A stretch of 64,000 nucleotides of DNA from Lingula anatina (Eukaryota; Animalia; Brachiopoda). The stretch covers positions 9,680,954-9,744,953 of the forward strand of contig CM120644.1 in the NCBI GenBank assembly GCA_051362555.1, in the 5' to 3' direction. Of the stretch, positions 42,901-55,764 are shown piece after piece. The notes below the pieces were generated by a model. It worked only from the letters and a program-made list of their open reading frames with translations, was not told the DNA's origin and did not search any database. Both the position numbers and the translations under genes were made by a program. Each line of letters begins with the position of its first letter. Positions within the stretch are counted from its first letter, which is position 1.

Positions 42901-45900
42901 CAGTGCATTAACACATTTTATACGTATTTAATTGACAATATGCGTTAAGTACTTTCGTCTTTTCGAACAACGTTACACACATCTAACTAACTATACATTA
43001 ATAGATATCATTTTTTCGCTTGTTGATAGTGAAAGTGATTCTTTACCTGAAAAGTGTGCAAGTAGCTGTAGTTATTTTCTGCCCAAAATTCTATTTAAAA
43101 AGGGGAAAGAGGAAACAGAGAAAACTCACGCCAGTGCCTCCTCAATGGTCGGCCTCAGCTCAGGGTCTGGCTGCAGCATCCAGTCCACTAAATGTTTTCC
43201 AACGATGTCGTCCAAGGCTGAAAGGTCATGTTTTCCGTCTTGAACGTTCTTGTTACACAGAAACACGTCGGCCTCGCCACTGGGCATAAATGGATGTATG
43301 CCACCTGTTAATGTGTAGTAGACTAACATCCCGGCCACCTTAAGGTAAAAAGGAACAAAATTTTCATTAACAAACAAAAAGAAAAGAAAAAAGAGCGGAT
43401 TGAAAAAGAAAAAATCTCGTCCTCGTCTGTATGCGCGTTTATCTATGTTATTGGACATATGAGCACATACAGTTCAGCTTGATAATAGCTACAAAAAAGC
43501 CAATTCTTTAATTACCCACTGTTAAAATGAAATCTTAATAAATCATGCTGCAGTTTTTCAACAAATAATCATCAATGATACGCTAGTTCGTACCTGATAT
43601 CATCATAATGCAAAACTATTACATAATGCCGTGTACAATAGAATCTTTCTTTGTTTTACCTGGATATCTGCGCATTTCTTGTATTTAACTTTCCCACTGG
43701 TGCCTTCCAGTATCTCTTTTGCCACCCAGTGGTATGTCCCTGAAGATACACCACAAATATGAAAATTACGGTTAGAGAATTATAAATAAGAATGCATGTT
43801 TGGTTTCATTATAAAAATTAAAAGTATGACTGTAATTTGATATTGAGTAAAATAAATCACGGGTTCAGTTCTTCTGCTGTAACTGAATACCCTCTCCACC
43901 AGAGATTTAACATTAATTAACTATATCCCACACATCTGTAAAGGTAGACAGACAGACACACTAACACATAAAGTGGGAGAAATATTATACCTTTAGCAGA
44001 AGTGTAGCAAGTGCTCTGGTTATCCGGGAGGACCACACTAATGCCAAAGTCTGATAATTTTGCCCGGTTTCTGACATCTATTAGAACATTCTGGGGCTGA
44101 AATTGAAGTATACCACATACTACTTATAAACTGTAATCCTTATAATGGATTATTTACTTAAACGTTTCTTGTTCACCTAGTGCTAATTATAAATAACATT
44201 AAAACTTTTGGTGTGTGTCACGAACTTACGAATTTCAACTGAATAAATGATATAATATTGTAAAGCTCCAACAATGAATGTAACTGAAACTAGAAAAGCA
44301 CTCAGAGAGCGCGGACCTCCGCCAAGGCAGCAAAGTCTCCATCCAATGCCGTTTCACCCCTAAATTTTCGATATTTTTGATTATTGATTATTAATCAGGA
44401 TCACCCCCAAAAATTAACCATCTGTTCCTTAGCCCACTTCTGACAGTTTCTTAAAATTCAGCAAAATAGGTCCACAACTTTTTGAGTTATGTTAATGACA
44501 GACAGACAAACCAACAAACAACCAGGGGTGAAAACATAACCTCGGAGGTAAAAATACACTGTGTATATAAGTATATCAGAATTCCACAAATAATCACCGA
44601 CAAATGACAAGTTATCTACCTTGATATCCATGTGAATAACGTTGTGCCCAGTATGTAAGGTTCTTAGACTCTCCAAGATTTGCTCTACGAGATCTCGGGA
44701 GATATTGGTCTGGTTTTGTTTGTACTCATCTGTAGATATGAATTCATTGAGAGTAAACTCTCCAAGCTCAAGAATCAGGTACAGAAACTCGTCATCCGTG
44801 GCAATATCAAGATACCGGATGATATTTGGGGAATCCAGTTTAGTTAACAGGCCTTTCTCATTCTTGAAGTTCTGTGACATGGACCTTGGGAATCTTTTCA
44901 CGGCGACCTCTCTGCCATCATGCCGAATTCCCAGAAATACCTCAGTCTTGTTCCCACTGCGAGGAAAGTATAATAATCTAATTTCAGGAATCTGAAACTC
45001 TACCGGCTATTGATAACTCTTGCCCCGGTCAAAAGAATCATTGAAAAATGTGTGGCAGAAATTTAACCTTGGCCATTTATACTAGTATGTAAGTACTTCA
45101 AATACTATGACAGAATTCATATTTCTATTTACAATATCAGCAATGACAAACACTACGGCACACAACAAACTTTTTCTAAGAATTTTATGTCAATTTCATT
45201 CGTTTTCGCATGTTCTAGTCAATGAGAAAGCGTCTATAATTGATTAAACAATAAAAAAACACCAGCAGAACCCGATTTGGAGCATAAAAATGATACCATA
45301 ATCAAACTGAAAAATTATATAAAACTGAATAATTACAGCACAGCACACTATACTTACGATCCAATTTTAAACCTGTCGATCTTTGTGCTGAAACAAACGT
45401 TGTTCACTTCTTTCAAATTTCCGTCGCTGACCTGCAGCTCTTCAAATAAAGACCTCCATCTGGTACTGACAGGTGTCCAGTTTGAGGAATACTTTAGGGC
45501 AATCTGTTCCTTCAGATAGATTACACTACTTGACGGTACTAAAGAATCACAGAGCAGTTCGTCGTCGGCTAAATCGATGTTTACTCCATCACTTCGAGTT
45601 TGTAAGATCTGACGTACAGCAGGAATGTTTTCATCTGCCTCTATTTGATCTTTCAAAAACGCCACGCTGTTATTTGGTGAAACTTGATAGTTTCTCAACG
45701 TACCGGTAGGGAGCAGCACTGATACTATCCAGTGTTTAATGGAAAGAATGATGTTTATTTCATCTTCCATTTCGGAGGTCAGGTATTCGGCTAATATCTT
45801 ATCGTCACTAAGAGCTTTGTTATTGAAAATAAGGTGTTGCTCAAAACGATGAATACCTGTTTCCACCGCAAGAGTCTGCTTTAATCCGCCGACGACACTG

Positions 45901-47588
45901 CTTGTCAACAAAGAGTATTTATAGCTTTGAGTGCCAAGTGCTACAGAAACCTCTACTGACCAGCCAACAGTCACAACTGAGCCTTCTTGGAGACCATAAT
46001 CCTTCAACTTTTTGTCGCTTCCGAGTTGTGTCCCTTCGTAAATGAAAATAACTGCCCTATCAAAATGCTTCGCCAGTGCGTCCACTGTATCCGTTGGAAA
46101 TACTTTAGCCGATTTTTGGGTGTTCTGCCCTATTATCTTTAACACGACTTGGAATGAAACAGACACCTTGATTTTACGTAGACGATATAGAGGAGTCTTC
46201 TTGTCGGATTCGACCAATTCTTGCTGTAAAGGTTTTCCTTCCCACTGGGCTTCTATTAGAAGCATATCCTTGCGTGCTGCTTGTGACTTAAGATCAATCA
46301 TATCCAAAAAATTTCCGACGGTAAGAAGGGGATCCCGATATGTTTCTTCAAGGCTGTCATCAGCAAATTGGACGAAAACACTATGAGAGAAAAAAGTGAC
46401 CGAAAACTTTTGGTCTGTTCCAAAGTAAATGTCATTACCCACGAAAGTTTTGTCTGGGTCAAGACTATTAGACTCCTCTGGGTTAGGGCCTTTATAAACA
46501 TTCACGTATTCAAGGGGTACATTTACAACTTCACTGACTCTGGTCTTTATGACTCGGACTTTATCCGTGCTCTTTACTCTCATAGCCAACTCTTGGTAGT
46601 CTGGCAGATAAATTAATATAAATTGAAAATGTTCTAAAATCTCTGTTTCAGTATCTGCAACTATTGGTGTGGCTTCGGGCTCTGATTTGCATTCGCACCT
46701 CTGAAAGGAAAATAAACCTTCACTATTACATGTAATGTTTAATATGCATTGGTTGATGAATACAAATTAGTCCAGATTAAAGAAATCTACTTCAAGAAAA
46801 TATTTATTTCTCCGTTTAGTACTGATTTTACCTGCATTACTTGACTAAATTATTTATTCGTTTTACCTATTGGTTTACCGTTTGATGATCAACATCACTT
46901 AATCGATGCATTTTGGCATCATTTAATTATCTATACATTTCCATCTTAACAACCATAGCTCATATAAGCATTTGATGGCTGCATATATCTGGAATTTTTA
47001 TTGGATGTCACCATTGCAGTAAAAGACAATTGTCGATCAAAGAAAAGCAGTAAACAAAAAACTTACGGAGAAACAGTATGCCCAACAATCTGAAAACCAA
47101 TCTCTACATCCCTCTCGACAATACTTCCAATTATAGTAACCCTTGCAACAGCAGCAAAGACAACGAGTTTCATTTTCCTGAGAGCAGAGATACACACAAA
47201 CAGCTCCAACACAGCACAGAATCAGCAGACAAGCAACACTGGTTGACACGGCAGTTGCTATGATCCATCCTTGAACTCCAGTAGTGGGCGTGGCACCGGT
47301 GGTTGTGGGCGTTATCGTGGTTTTGTTTGCGTAATCGACGTTGCTGTTGTTGTTCTTGTTGTTTAATTGGTTTACGCTGGATGCTGACGCAGTCCCTGTA
47401 ACAGTAGGGGCAATCTCAGTGGCTTTACCGCCGTAATCTCTCTGGGAGACAGTTCTATTTGCGATGGGGGGCGCTTCTGTTGTCGAGATCCTCGTGGAAT
47501 TGGTATCAGAGAATGAGATTGGTGTGACGTGCAGGGTTAAGAGTACCAAAGTGGCGGAGAAACAGTACACAACTTTGCATGTATCCAT
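39922..47588 (-). CDS. Paralogue B (complete): type I membrane protein with signal peptide, TM, Cys-rich stretch, ~5 Ubl domains, IRE1/RNase L-like kinase and KEN RNase; ~1013 aa
   Basis: GT-AG exons with consistent phases: 47588-47067, 46700-45358, 44956-44620, 44096-43991, 43739-43660, 43338-43130, 42830-42753, 42360-42282, 40854-40733, 40087-39922 (3042 nt, ends TAA). Motifs: IGSGNKTEVFLG..VAVKR, HMDIKPQN, DFG, GTYHWVAKE, DIQVAG, HPF, RPTIEEALAHPFFW, GYRSTICGLLRFIRNVDVH, VGNPMTYFTARLP. Confidence 0.9.
41617..42231. mobile_element. MITE with 8-bp TSD (hAT- or P-like) in intron 8 of copy B
   Basis: ~77-bp perfect TIRs CACCCTGAGCTTCAGAGCTAACTTGACAC..., TSD ATTTAACT. Confidence 0.9.
44288..44551. 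mobile_element. Helentron-associated (HINE/DINE-like) non-autonomous element in intron 3 of copy B
   Basis: AACTAGAAAAGCACTC..ACCTCCGCCAAGG 5' end, (GACA)n core, AAAACATAACCTCGGAGGTAA 3' end. Absent in copy A. Confidence 0.65.
45358..46700 (-). CDS. Paralogue B exon 2: tandem ubiquitin-like domains and start of the kinase N-lobe
   Basis: Ubl signatures VFPTDTVDALAK..FIYEGTQLGSDKKLKDYGLQEGSVVTV, LKQTLAVETGIHRFEQHLIFNNKALSDDKILAEY and VSPNNSVAFLKDQIEADENIPAVRQIL..LADDELL. Acceptor ttcctttcag, donor gtaagt. Confidence 0.85.
47067..47588 (-). CDS. Paralogue B coding exon 1: signal peptide, Thr/Ser/Asn-rich ectodomain, TM helix, Cys cluster
   Basis: ORF 47037-47588: hydrophobic N-terminus MDTCKVVYCFSATLVLLTLHV, TTITPTTTGATPTT, TM WIIATAVSTSVACLLILCCVGAVCVYL, then CLCCCC..CREGCRDWFSDC. 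Donor GTAAGT in phase 0. A TTTCAG acceptor just upstream of the ATG implies a further 5' exon. Confidence 0.8.
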
Positions 47589-48829
47589 TGGCTGAAATTA
47601 ATCTGAAAAACGAAGATACAATGCACACATGGAAGGAAAAATTACCATAGGTTGCCTTGTGCCAATTAAATGGTTTTGGTTTAAATTAGTTATGAGAGAG
47701 AGAGGCTTCGATCATTCTGTACCAACATATTTATGTCTGTATGTCAACCACACATATTACGTTTTGTGAATGTTGGGATTTCTGACAGTTGTACTGCCCT
47801 TGTTGGCCAACAGAGACGGGGAAGACACCAATTCTGACACACATGGAAAAGCACTTTTACTGAGACACTGGTGAATACCCTTAGCAAAATGAAAAGTTTG
47901 CAGCAAACTTGCAAAAAATTTGCAGCAAATTTGCTGCAAACCAAATAGTTTGCAAGAAACTGTTTGCAGGTTGTTGCAAGAAAAATCACAGTTGTTGCAA
48001 ATTTGCTGCAAATTTGTAGGAAGATTAAAAGTTTGCAGGTAGTTCGCAAGAAAACTATCATTTTCTAGCGAATTTGCTGCAAATTTGCAAGAAGACCCTC
48101 ATTTACATAAAAGTTTGCTGGAAGTTTGCAAGAAAGACTTAAAACTGTTGCAAATTTGCAGCAAATTTGCAAGAAACTGCTCATTTACATAAAAGCCTGA
48201 AGAAAGTTTGCAAGGATAAATATACCCTGTTGCAAATTTGCAGAAAATTTGCAAGAAAACCTTCATTTACATAACATTTTGCAGGAAGTTTGCAAGAAAG
48301 ACTAACATTGTTGCAAATGCAGTAAATTTGCAATAAACTCCTCATTTACATAAAGGTTTGCAAGAAACTCACCAAGTTAATTCATTTGCAAGAAATTGCA
48401 AAAAATTGTTTCATGTTTGCAGCAAATTTGCAAATTCTTTTTCATATAAAAGTCTGCCTGAGTTTTGCAAGAAAGTCCATACCTTTTTTTACTAACAAAC
48501 AGTTAAATTAATGATGTTTGCACTGAGCATGGGTGTCAGGAAGTGCCATTTTCAAGCCAAAATATTAGTATTAAGTTTAAAAAAAGAAAAAAAAAAGACC
48601 AAGTTAACTAACAGCTTATGAGATTTTTGCACGAAACTAAGAAATTTATAAACTTTAGTTTATGAGAAGTCTGAAGACACCTGAAGACACTTAAACATTT
48701 GTAAATAGTTTGGGAGAAGTTTGCAAGATGACATTTACTTAGTTTGCATAAAATTTGCGAGATACTCAGCAGTCTACTTACAGTTTGCAATAAGTTTGCA
48801 AGAAACTTGGACATAAACTTACAATTCAC

Positions 48830-49130
48830 AAGAAGTTTGCAAGAAACTTGAACAATTACTTACAGTTTGCAAAAAGTTTGCAAGAAACTTAGTCAAATAC
48901 TTACAGTTCGCCATAAGTTTGCAAGAAACTTAGACAATTACTTACAGTTCGCGATAACTTTGCAAGAAACTTAGACAATTACTTACAGTTCGCGACAAGT
49001 TTGCAAGAAATTTAGACAATTACTTACAGTTCGCGACAAGTTTGCAAGAAACTTAGACAATTACTTACAGTTCGCGACAAGTTTGCAAGAAACTTAGAAA
49101 TTAACTTACAGTTCACAAGAAGTTTGCAAA
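48830..49130. repeat. 41-bp minisatellite in the subterminal region of the transposon
   Basis: AAGTTTGCAAGAAACTTAGACAATTACTTACAGTTCGCGAC repeated about 7 times. Confidence 0.85.
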
Positions 49131-50612
49131 AAAAAAAGGGCTATTTGCTTACAGTTTGCAAAAAACTTATAAAAATAGAAATTAACTTTTTTTTTTTTTT
49201 TTTTTGAAATAATCAAGATTTAGGCATTTGAAAACTTCTTTTCCATTCTCGAATCCATCCTTACTCAAACTAACAAAATTGTACTAAAAAAAAAAAAAAA
49301 GACAAACAATTCATGTACAGTTATGGATTTTGCCCACTTTTTGGCCAAATTTATTTATTTACATAACCCCACATAAAAAAATAGTTCCAAAGGCTTATAT
49401 AAATGATTATTTATTCATTATAACATTTGTACTTGATATAATTTAAGTTCTTATGTATTATTATCAAATTAATACTTTGATTTACTGCTTATAAAACCGA
49501 GTAACCAGGATGATGTTAAGATTTCATAGGGTTTTCATGATTTAGGCAGATTTGGAGCAATACTGAATTATGATGTAACCCACCAACTATCAATGAACAT
49601 AAAAATCAACACTACACGGGATGACATTCCTTAGAAGTACTTCTTAAAAACAAATAAACTCTTTAGCCCAGGGTGAGTTTGCAAACCAGTGTATACTGAT
49701 GAGCATGTGAAGATCACTTAATTGACTCCCAGTAATTGCATGGGCAGACCACGGCATACAGAAAAATGAGCAAAATACTAAGGTGCACTGTCAAGTTATG
49801 ATCAGGGTAAATTGGTTTGTCACATGGGTCATCACAGGTATCTCCATTGAATCATCATCACTGTCACTATAATCTCCATCACAGTGGACTTCATTACTCA
49901 ACTCTTCTTCGCTATAAGAGAAGTTAGCACCACAGTTTTCTTTGCCATTGTCATTTTCACAAACTTCTTTTAGTTGTGTTATTGTGTCAGATATGTCACA
50001 TATAGCTGTTGCTTTAATATTCTGTACATCCAACTCTTTGGCATTCTCAGGATAAGGTCTTTATCTTTTGGGTCTCACTCTACCAAGTTGGTCAGCCATC
50101 TTGTCTAAAATAAATAAGAAAAAAAGAATTATGAAAAATATATGTCACAATAAGCCTAGATTGATCAAATTTATTATAACAGGACTCATGATTAAAAAAA
50201 GATGTACATTTTCAGTCCCCATTTACTATAGATTAGTAAGTAGCATTGTATTCAAAGCAGAAAGATTCTCATTTCATTATATAGCACCTACATAAACAAA
50301 CTGATTTCTATCTAAGCAAAGAACAGTGGTCCTTCAATTGAAATGCATACTAGTAAGGGTGGAACTTCAAATTCAGTGTCCTTGACACATCTGGTCTTTC
50401 AAATTTTCATGGATAATTACAGTGCAGCAGAATGGCTCTTTGGTTCTTTTATGGAAACTACACACCTGAGAGATAATTAACTAAGCAGACCAACATATTA
50501 CACACTGATTCTTATCTGAGAGGTCTTTCAATTCAATTTGTTAAATCTCTAAGCCCTGTGGTTCATCAGAATGAAACAATGAAAGAATTAAATGCAAATT
50601 ATTAAAACTTAA

Positions 50613-50654
<42 letters not shown>

Positions 50655-52938
50655 AGCAAACCCATGCTTATTAAGTTCAGTTGCATATATTCCTTTTTTC
50701 AATCATTTGTCCTTCTTGAAAAGTAATCATTTAACTTTGATTCTCGGTTTTCAGGATTTTCATCTTACATAATTAGTGAAGTATGAATAAAGTTTTATTT
50801 ACAGTTATTTGTGCATTGATTATTTAATTTTCCTCGACTTTAACACCCCCCCTCCCCAATCCGACATTCTTAATAGTAAAAATGTATTTCTGCTTAAGCA
50901 TGCTGTGGAACGGGCATTTAAGAATAAAACCCTAAATGTCACTCAAATCATGTAATTCACAGGCTCTTAAACTCTAATTAGTGCCTGAATACCTTTAAAT
51001 TTCTTCTGCTAGTTTGTACATTGATAGTCTTCATATAGTAATACATGTATATATTCCTTATGTCTGTGTTATTGGCTTGTTCGAATAGAATTGCACTGTA
51101 AAATTATCAAGTAAATGTTGATAGTCCTCAATGCTAGAAAATTATATTTTCCTTGGCACTTGTTATTATTTTCTGAATCTTTTCTTGTAGTTTTTTGTTC
51201 TTTTTTTTTTTTCACTTTTGACCTAATAACCTTTAAATTTTTGCAATGTATTAAACTTATTTTTTAAGAGACACCTGCCAGATTCCCCCACCATCCCCCC
51301 CATTCAAGTCTCTGACATGCTCATCTTGCAAGATGCTGAGAGAAAGGATGAAACCTGTTCACACCTGACTGTTAATAACTGATCTGTATCTAGGTAAAGA
51401 TCATGGACCTTAAAATTCCTACTTGCTAATTAGAGAAGCATTTAACAACAAACAAGTATCTACCCCTTAAGGTACATACTGTCTTTCAACAAGCTTAGCT
51501 GAACAATTCCACTTCAAAGAGTATTTACAGGTCATCAAAGCTTAATGTGACTACAACTCAATTTTAAATTCTATATTATCTGACAGATATTTTAGGACTA
51601 CCTAAGCTATTTAGCTTCACTGGATTATAAATGGATTCAATTAAAAGCATTTCACTTCCTGACAAATAACCCAAATGACTGTGGAAGGGGTTCTAATAAT
51701 GGAAAATTGCATTTTGTTATGCATATACCTAGAGACATCAAAATTTTATCAATTTTAGGATGCATAAATGGTAAATTTTTGCCACAAAAGCTCACCAATT
51801 GCCAGTAAAATTTTAAATAGTACTAAGGTAATTACCACAAGACATCATTTAATACTGCCCGAAAAATGATATTTGAACAATATTTTCTGCTAGCTTGCTA
51901 TGCCGATATAATCCAGGCAGATAAGTAAGATATGTACTTGTATGTTAAATTTTCAGCCAAAATTTAAAATAAGGAGCAGTTAAAAGCTCCTTTATGCTGA
52001 TCAAGTGATTTTTCCTTGTCATGTATAATAAATTATTCTAGTTGTATAACAAACTAGTAGAAGTAGTTAATAAGCATTTACTGGGAATCCATGTTTCACC
52101 ACACTCAGTTCAAAATGTACCTTTAACTATGGTAATATACACAGAAACCTACAGCTAATTTTATTAGATTTTGTTAAACTAGAATAAACTAAATAAGTAA
52201 TAACAGTAGACAAGGTTAATATTTTATACACAGTTAAGTATCAAACTGTCATGTCTTAAGAAACACTAAAGGGAATCCTCCTTCCAAAGTCTTAGTTGAC
52301 ACTCACTCTTAGAAAGGTGACAATTTTCAATTGGCCGACAACTATCTGAAATGCTCAGCCCACAAGATGTGCTGCTAGCAAGGAAGAGCCCTATTCACAC
52401 CTGACTGTTAATTACTATAGCACTGATCTGTATCAAAGATTCGGGGACTATTGTAAAGTGAATAATTATTTGTTGTTTAGGACAAGCAAGTCCCCATCTC
52501 CTAAGACTCAAACTGTCTCTTAATAAGCTTTCCTAAACAATTCCACTTTGAAGAATACAGCACAGCAGAGCCTAATCTAACTGTACCTCAAAAATTTAAT
52601 GTAACCTGACATATAAGTACATTTGGGCTATTTAACTTCACTGGATTGTTATAGACTTGATTTAAAATGTCATCATTATTTGACACAAGCTAAAATGTAA
52701 GCAGAAAAGATGCTTTTAATGTAAAAATGCATTTTATATGGCATTTATCAGTTTTAAGACATTAAAATTATTTAACTTTTATCAATGTCAATTCATAAAA
52801 AATACACAAACCAAATGGCCCTTTTAATAAAACAATGTAAAGATAATATGAATCTGATGGTAACTTAGGAATGCAAAGAAAAAAAGTAATATTTACTAAC
52901 ACTCACTATTTAAACAATGTATCAAACTGTTTCGTGCT

Positions 52939-52971
<33 letters not shown>

Positions 52972-53632
52972 CTGAAGAGACACCTGAGAGACCTCCTACA
53001 TTCAAGTCTCTGTTGACACCCACTCAAATATTGAGATGATAATTTTCAATCATCTGATAACTATCTTGCTAGATAAGCTGCTACGTACCTTTCACTGCAT
53101 GGTTTGCTAGTGTTGCTGGGATTCATCTTCCGCGAAATAAAGACACGCGCAGCCTTGACGACTTTTCGACAATTCCACCCCAGTAAACATTAGTTGGTCT
53201 GGATGCAGGAGCAGATCTGTAGTGGTGTTGGCAGAATCTACCTTTTCTAATCGATAGATCATATTCATGGTCCACATGTAGGGGAGCTCTCATGAACAGC
53301 GATTATCTGACAACCGGAAACGGTCATGAAAACGATTAATCGTGATAGGTTGATGCGCGATCTGATGCATCACGGGAAATTTTGAAGAAGAAGACGGTTT
53401 GAGATTTACCGGCAGCTGATTTTAAGTTGGTGTAACCAGTTAGAAATTATGATGCGTTGATTGCAAAGCCAGGTGAGTGCTAAGATTAATCAGAACGTTT
53501 GATTCAAGATAGGATTTTACTACACTCAGAGAATTCTCATCATGCCTGCGAGTAGAAGGTAGAAAGTAAACCGATTCTAAATACAGTTCTAGTATGGGGC
53601 GCTAGTATGGTACTTGTTGGGAAGGCCATCTC

Positions 53633-53710
53633 GTTCTCTCTCTCTCTTTCTCTTCTTATTTTCCTCTCTCTCTCTCTCTCTTCTTTTTTTCCTCTCTCTC
53701 TCTCTCTTCT

Positions 53711-53754
<44 letters not shown>
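53633..53754. repeat. (CT)n/pyrimidine microsatellite
   Basis: CT runs interrupted by T tracts. Confidence 0.9.
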
Positions 53755-53759
<5 letters not shown>

Positions 53760-53799
53760 CGGTGGAATAAGTGTGTAACTATATTCTTTTTAAATTATA

Positions 53800-55641
53800 G
53801 AGACGTGGATTACTATTGGTTTTGACAAGAATGGAGTTGTATCAGTGGAAGACGTTTCGAAGTTTGAGAGGGAGGAAGAGTAAGAAGGGGAAGTCCCTAC
53901 TGTTGGAGAGACACTCATGGCTCCTTGGGATGGTTGCATGTATTTGGCAAAAGTGATTTACATTTAGTGGTAAGTGTATTCTCAATTAGTATAGTTTGCT
54001 TAGGTGAAATAAATTCAAAGGGCAGAAGGGTTCATACAGCACTTAAGGTACATATTAACAGAGCATCGCTGTAACATGGATTTCCAGTAACACATATAAA
54101 CTACTTCTTCAAATTTCCTAATTACTCAAATAAATTTAACATGACAAGGGGTAAACTGAATAAGTCACCAGATTGGTCATTAAAGAGCTTTAGACTGCTC
54201 CTTTCTTTAAATTTTTGGCCAGAAATTTAGCCTATTTTTATGACCTATTATTATTATTATTTTTATTTATTATTATTATTATTTTTTTTTTTTTTTGCCC
54301 ATTGATATACAGCATAGAGTGCTAGCAGAAAAATCTGTTCAAATATTTTTTTTTCTTTTTTTTTTGGGGGGGGGGGTTAATTAAACTATGCCTTTTGGTA
54401 ATCCTCTAAGTTATACTACTTGAAACTATATGCTGGCATTTTGTTGGCTTATGTGCATGGCCAAAATTTACTTTATATGCACCTTTAAACTTAACCCCTT
54501 GAAATTACTTTTAATCTTGAAAAAAAAAAAAAAAAACTTGCACATTCAATCATATCTGTCACAGGAAAAATTTATAGTTTTAATAGTCTTGATGGTTTTA
54601 AAAGTCAGTTTTGGTCATTTCCACAGAAAGGAGAAGTATCAAAGTGCAAATACATGTGTTTTAAAAGAATGCTTTGAAAGCTATTCTCCTTTTATTTTAG
54701 ATTACAGAAATGCATGTCAGAAGGAAAAGAAGGTGAGCAAATGTATTTTTAGTGAGTGTCAAAGACTTCTGAACAAATCTAAGAATTTAAGTGTATCACC
54801 CTCATACTGACTTACCTCTTCTTTGTGAAACTAATATGTCTGATAATTCCATAATTATTGTTGGTTTTTTTTATATAGTAACACAGAATCCAAAATGTTT
54901 CAGTGTTGCCTTGCTTCTGAATAACAGGAACCCCACTTTTTGTTTTAGTTCAAACAACCATGCAACCTATGATGAACTGTTCATATATATCAATATATAT
55001 TCTTAATGCATCACTTTTTTGGTAGAATAACATTTTATGTTTTAACTTTTTTAGATAAAAAGGACAACCAGAGCAATGGTAGTAGTGTAAGTATATTGTT
55101 AATTGACCTGCAATTGCTGTTGCATATATTTTCCACTAAATGGTGAAAAAATTGTAATTTCCTCTTTCAAATAATAAGTACATTTTACACACTTAAATTC
55201 AAATTTAATAAAGCTTTCCCTATGTTATTCAAGGAAAAAAATCAGAGCCAGCTTGTAATGCAGCAGTTGAAGAAAGTGTTTCAGTGCCTCGTGCATCATC
55301 TGTTCCCCGTCTTACTCCCACCATCTCCAACTCTGTGCCCTCTATATCTCTCCCCACACCCTTACCATCTCCAACCCTGTGCCCTCCATATCTCCCCACA
55401 CCCATACCATATCCAACCCTGTGCCCTCTATATCTCCCCACACGCATACCCTGTGCCCTCCATATCCATCCCCCACCCATCTGTCTCATTAAGTTTTTTA
55501 AATGAAGTCATGCTTTCTTTATTTATTGTTTAAATTCTCTTTCTTTCAGTGTATGTTATTAACAACTTGAAAATGGATGGGCCAGCAATTAAGCACACTA
55601 TGAGTGCAAAAATTCACACTGCAAAGAGGGCCTTAAAAAAG
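53800..55641 (+). pseudogene. Decayed spliced accessory gene inside the EnSpm-like element (possibly BEN-domain type)
   Basis: AG/GT-bounded exon-like blocks: TWITIGFDKNGVVSV..VGETLMAPWDGCMYLAKVIYI (with stops), 54701-54732, and YVINNLKMDGPAIKHTMSAKIHTAKRALKK. The family assignment is inference. Confidence 0.4.
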
Positions 55642-55764
55642 GTAGGAAAAGTATATTTAACTGTGATTAGATTATACCATGCCTGCTAAATTTATTTTTG
55701 TTTTACTTAACAACATAAATCATATATATGTATATATATATATATATATAGGTGTATTTATTAA

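Noticed and set aside
39922-47588. Calling the gene the IRE1/ERN1 or RNASEL orthologue
   Set aside because: No IRE1 luminal domain, no HRD motif and no ankyrin repeats; only the kinase-KEN module is shared, so no symbol was assigned.
48830-49130. 41-bp array as a CRISPR array
   Set aside because: No unique spacers, eukaryotic context, and it is part of the transposon subterminal repeats.
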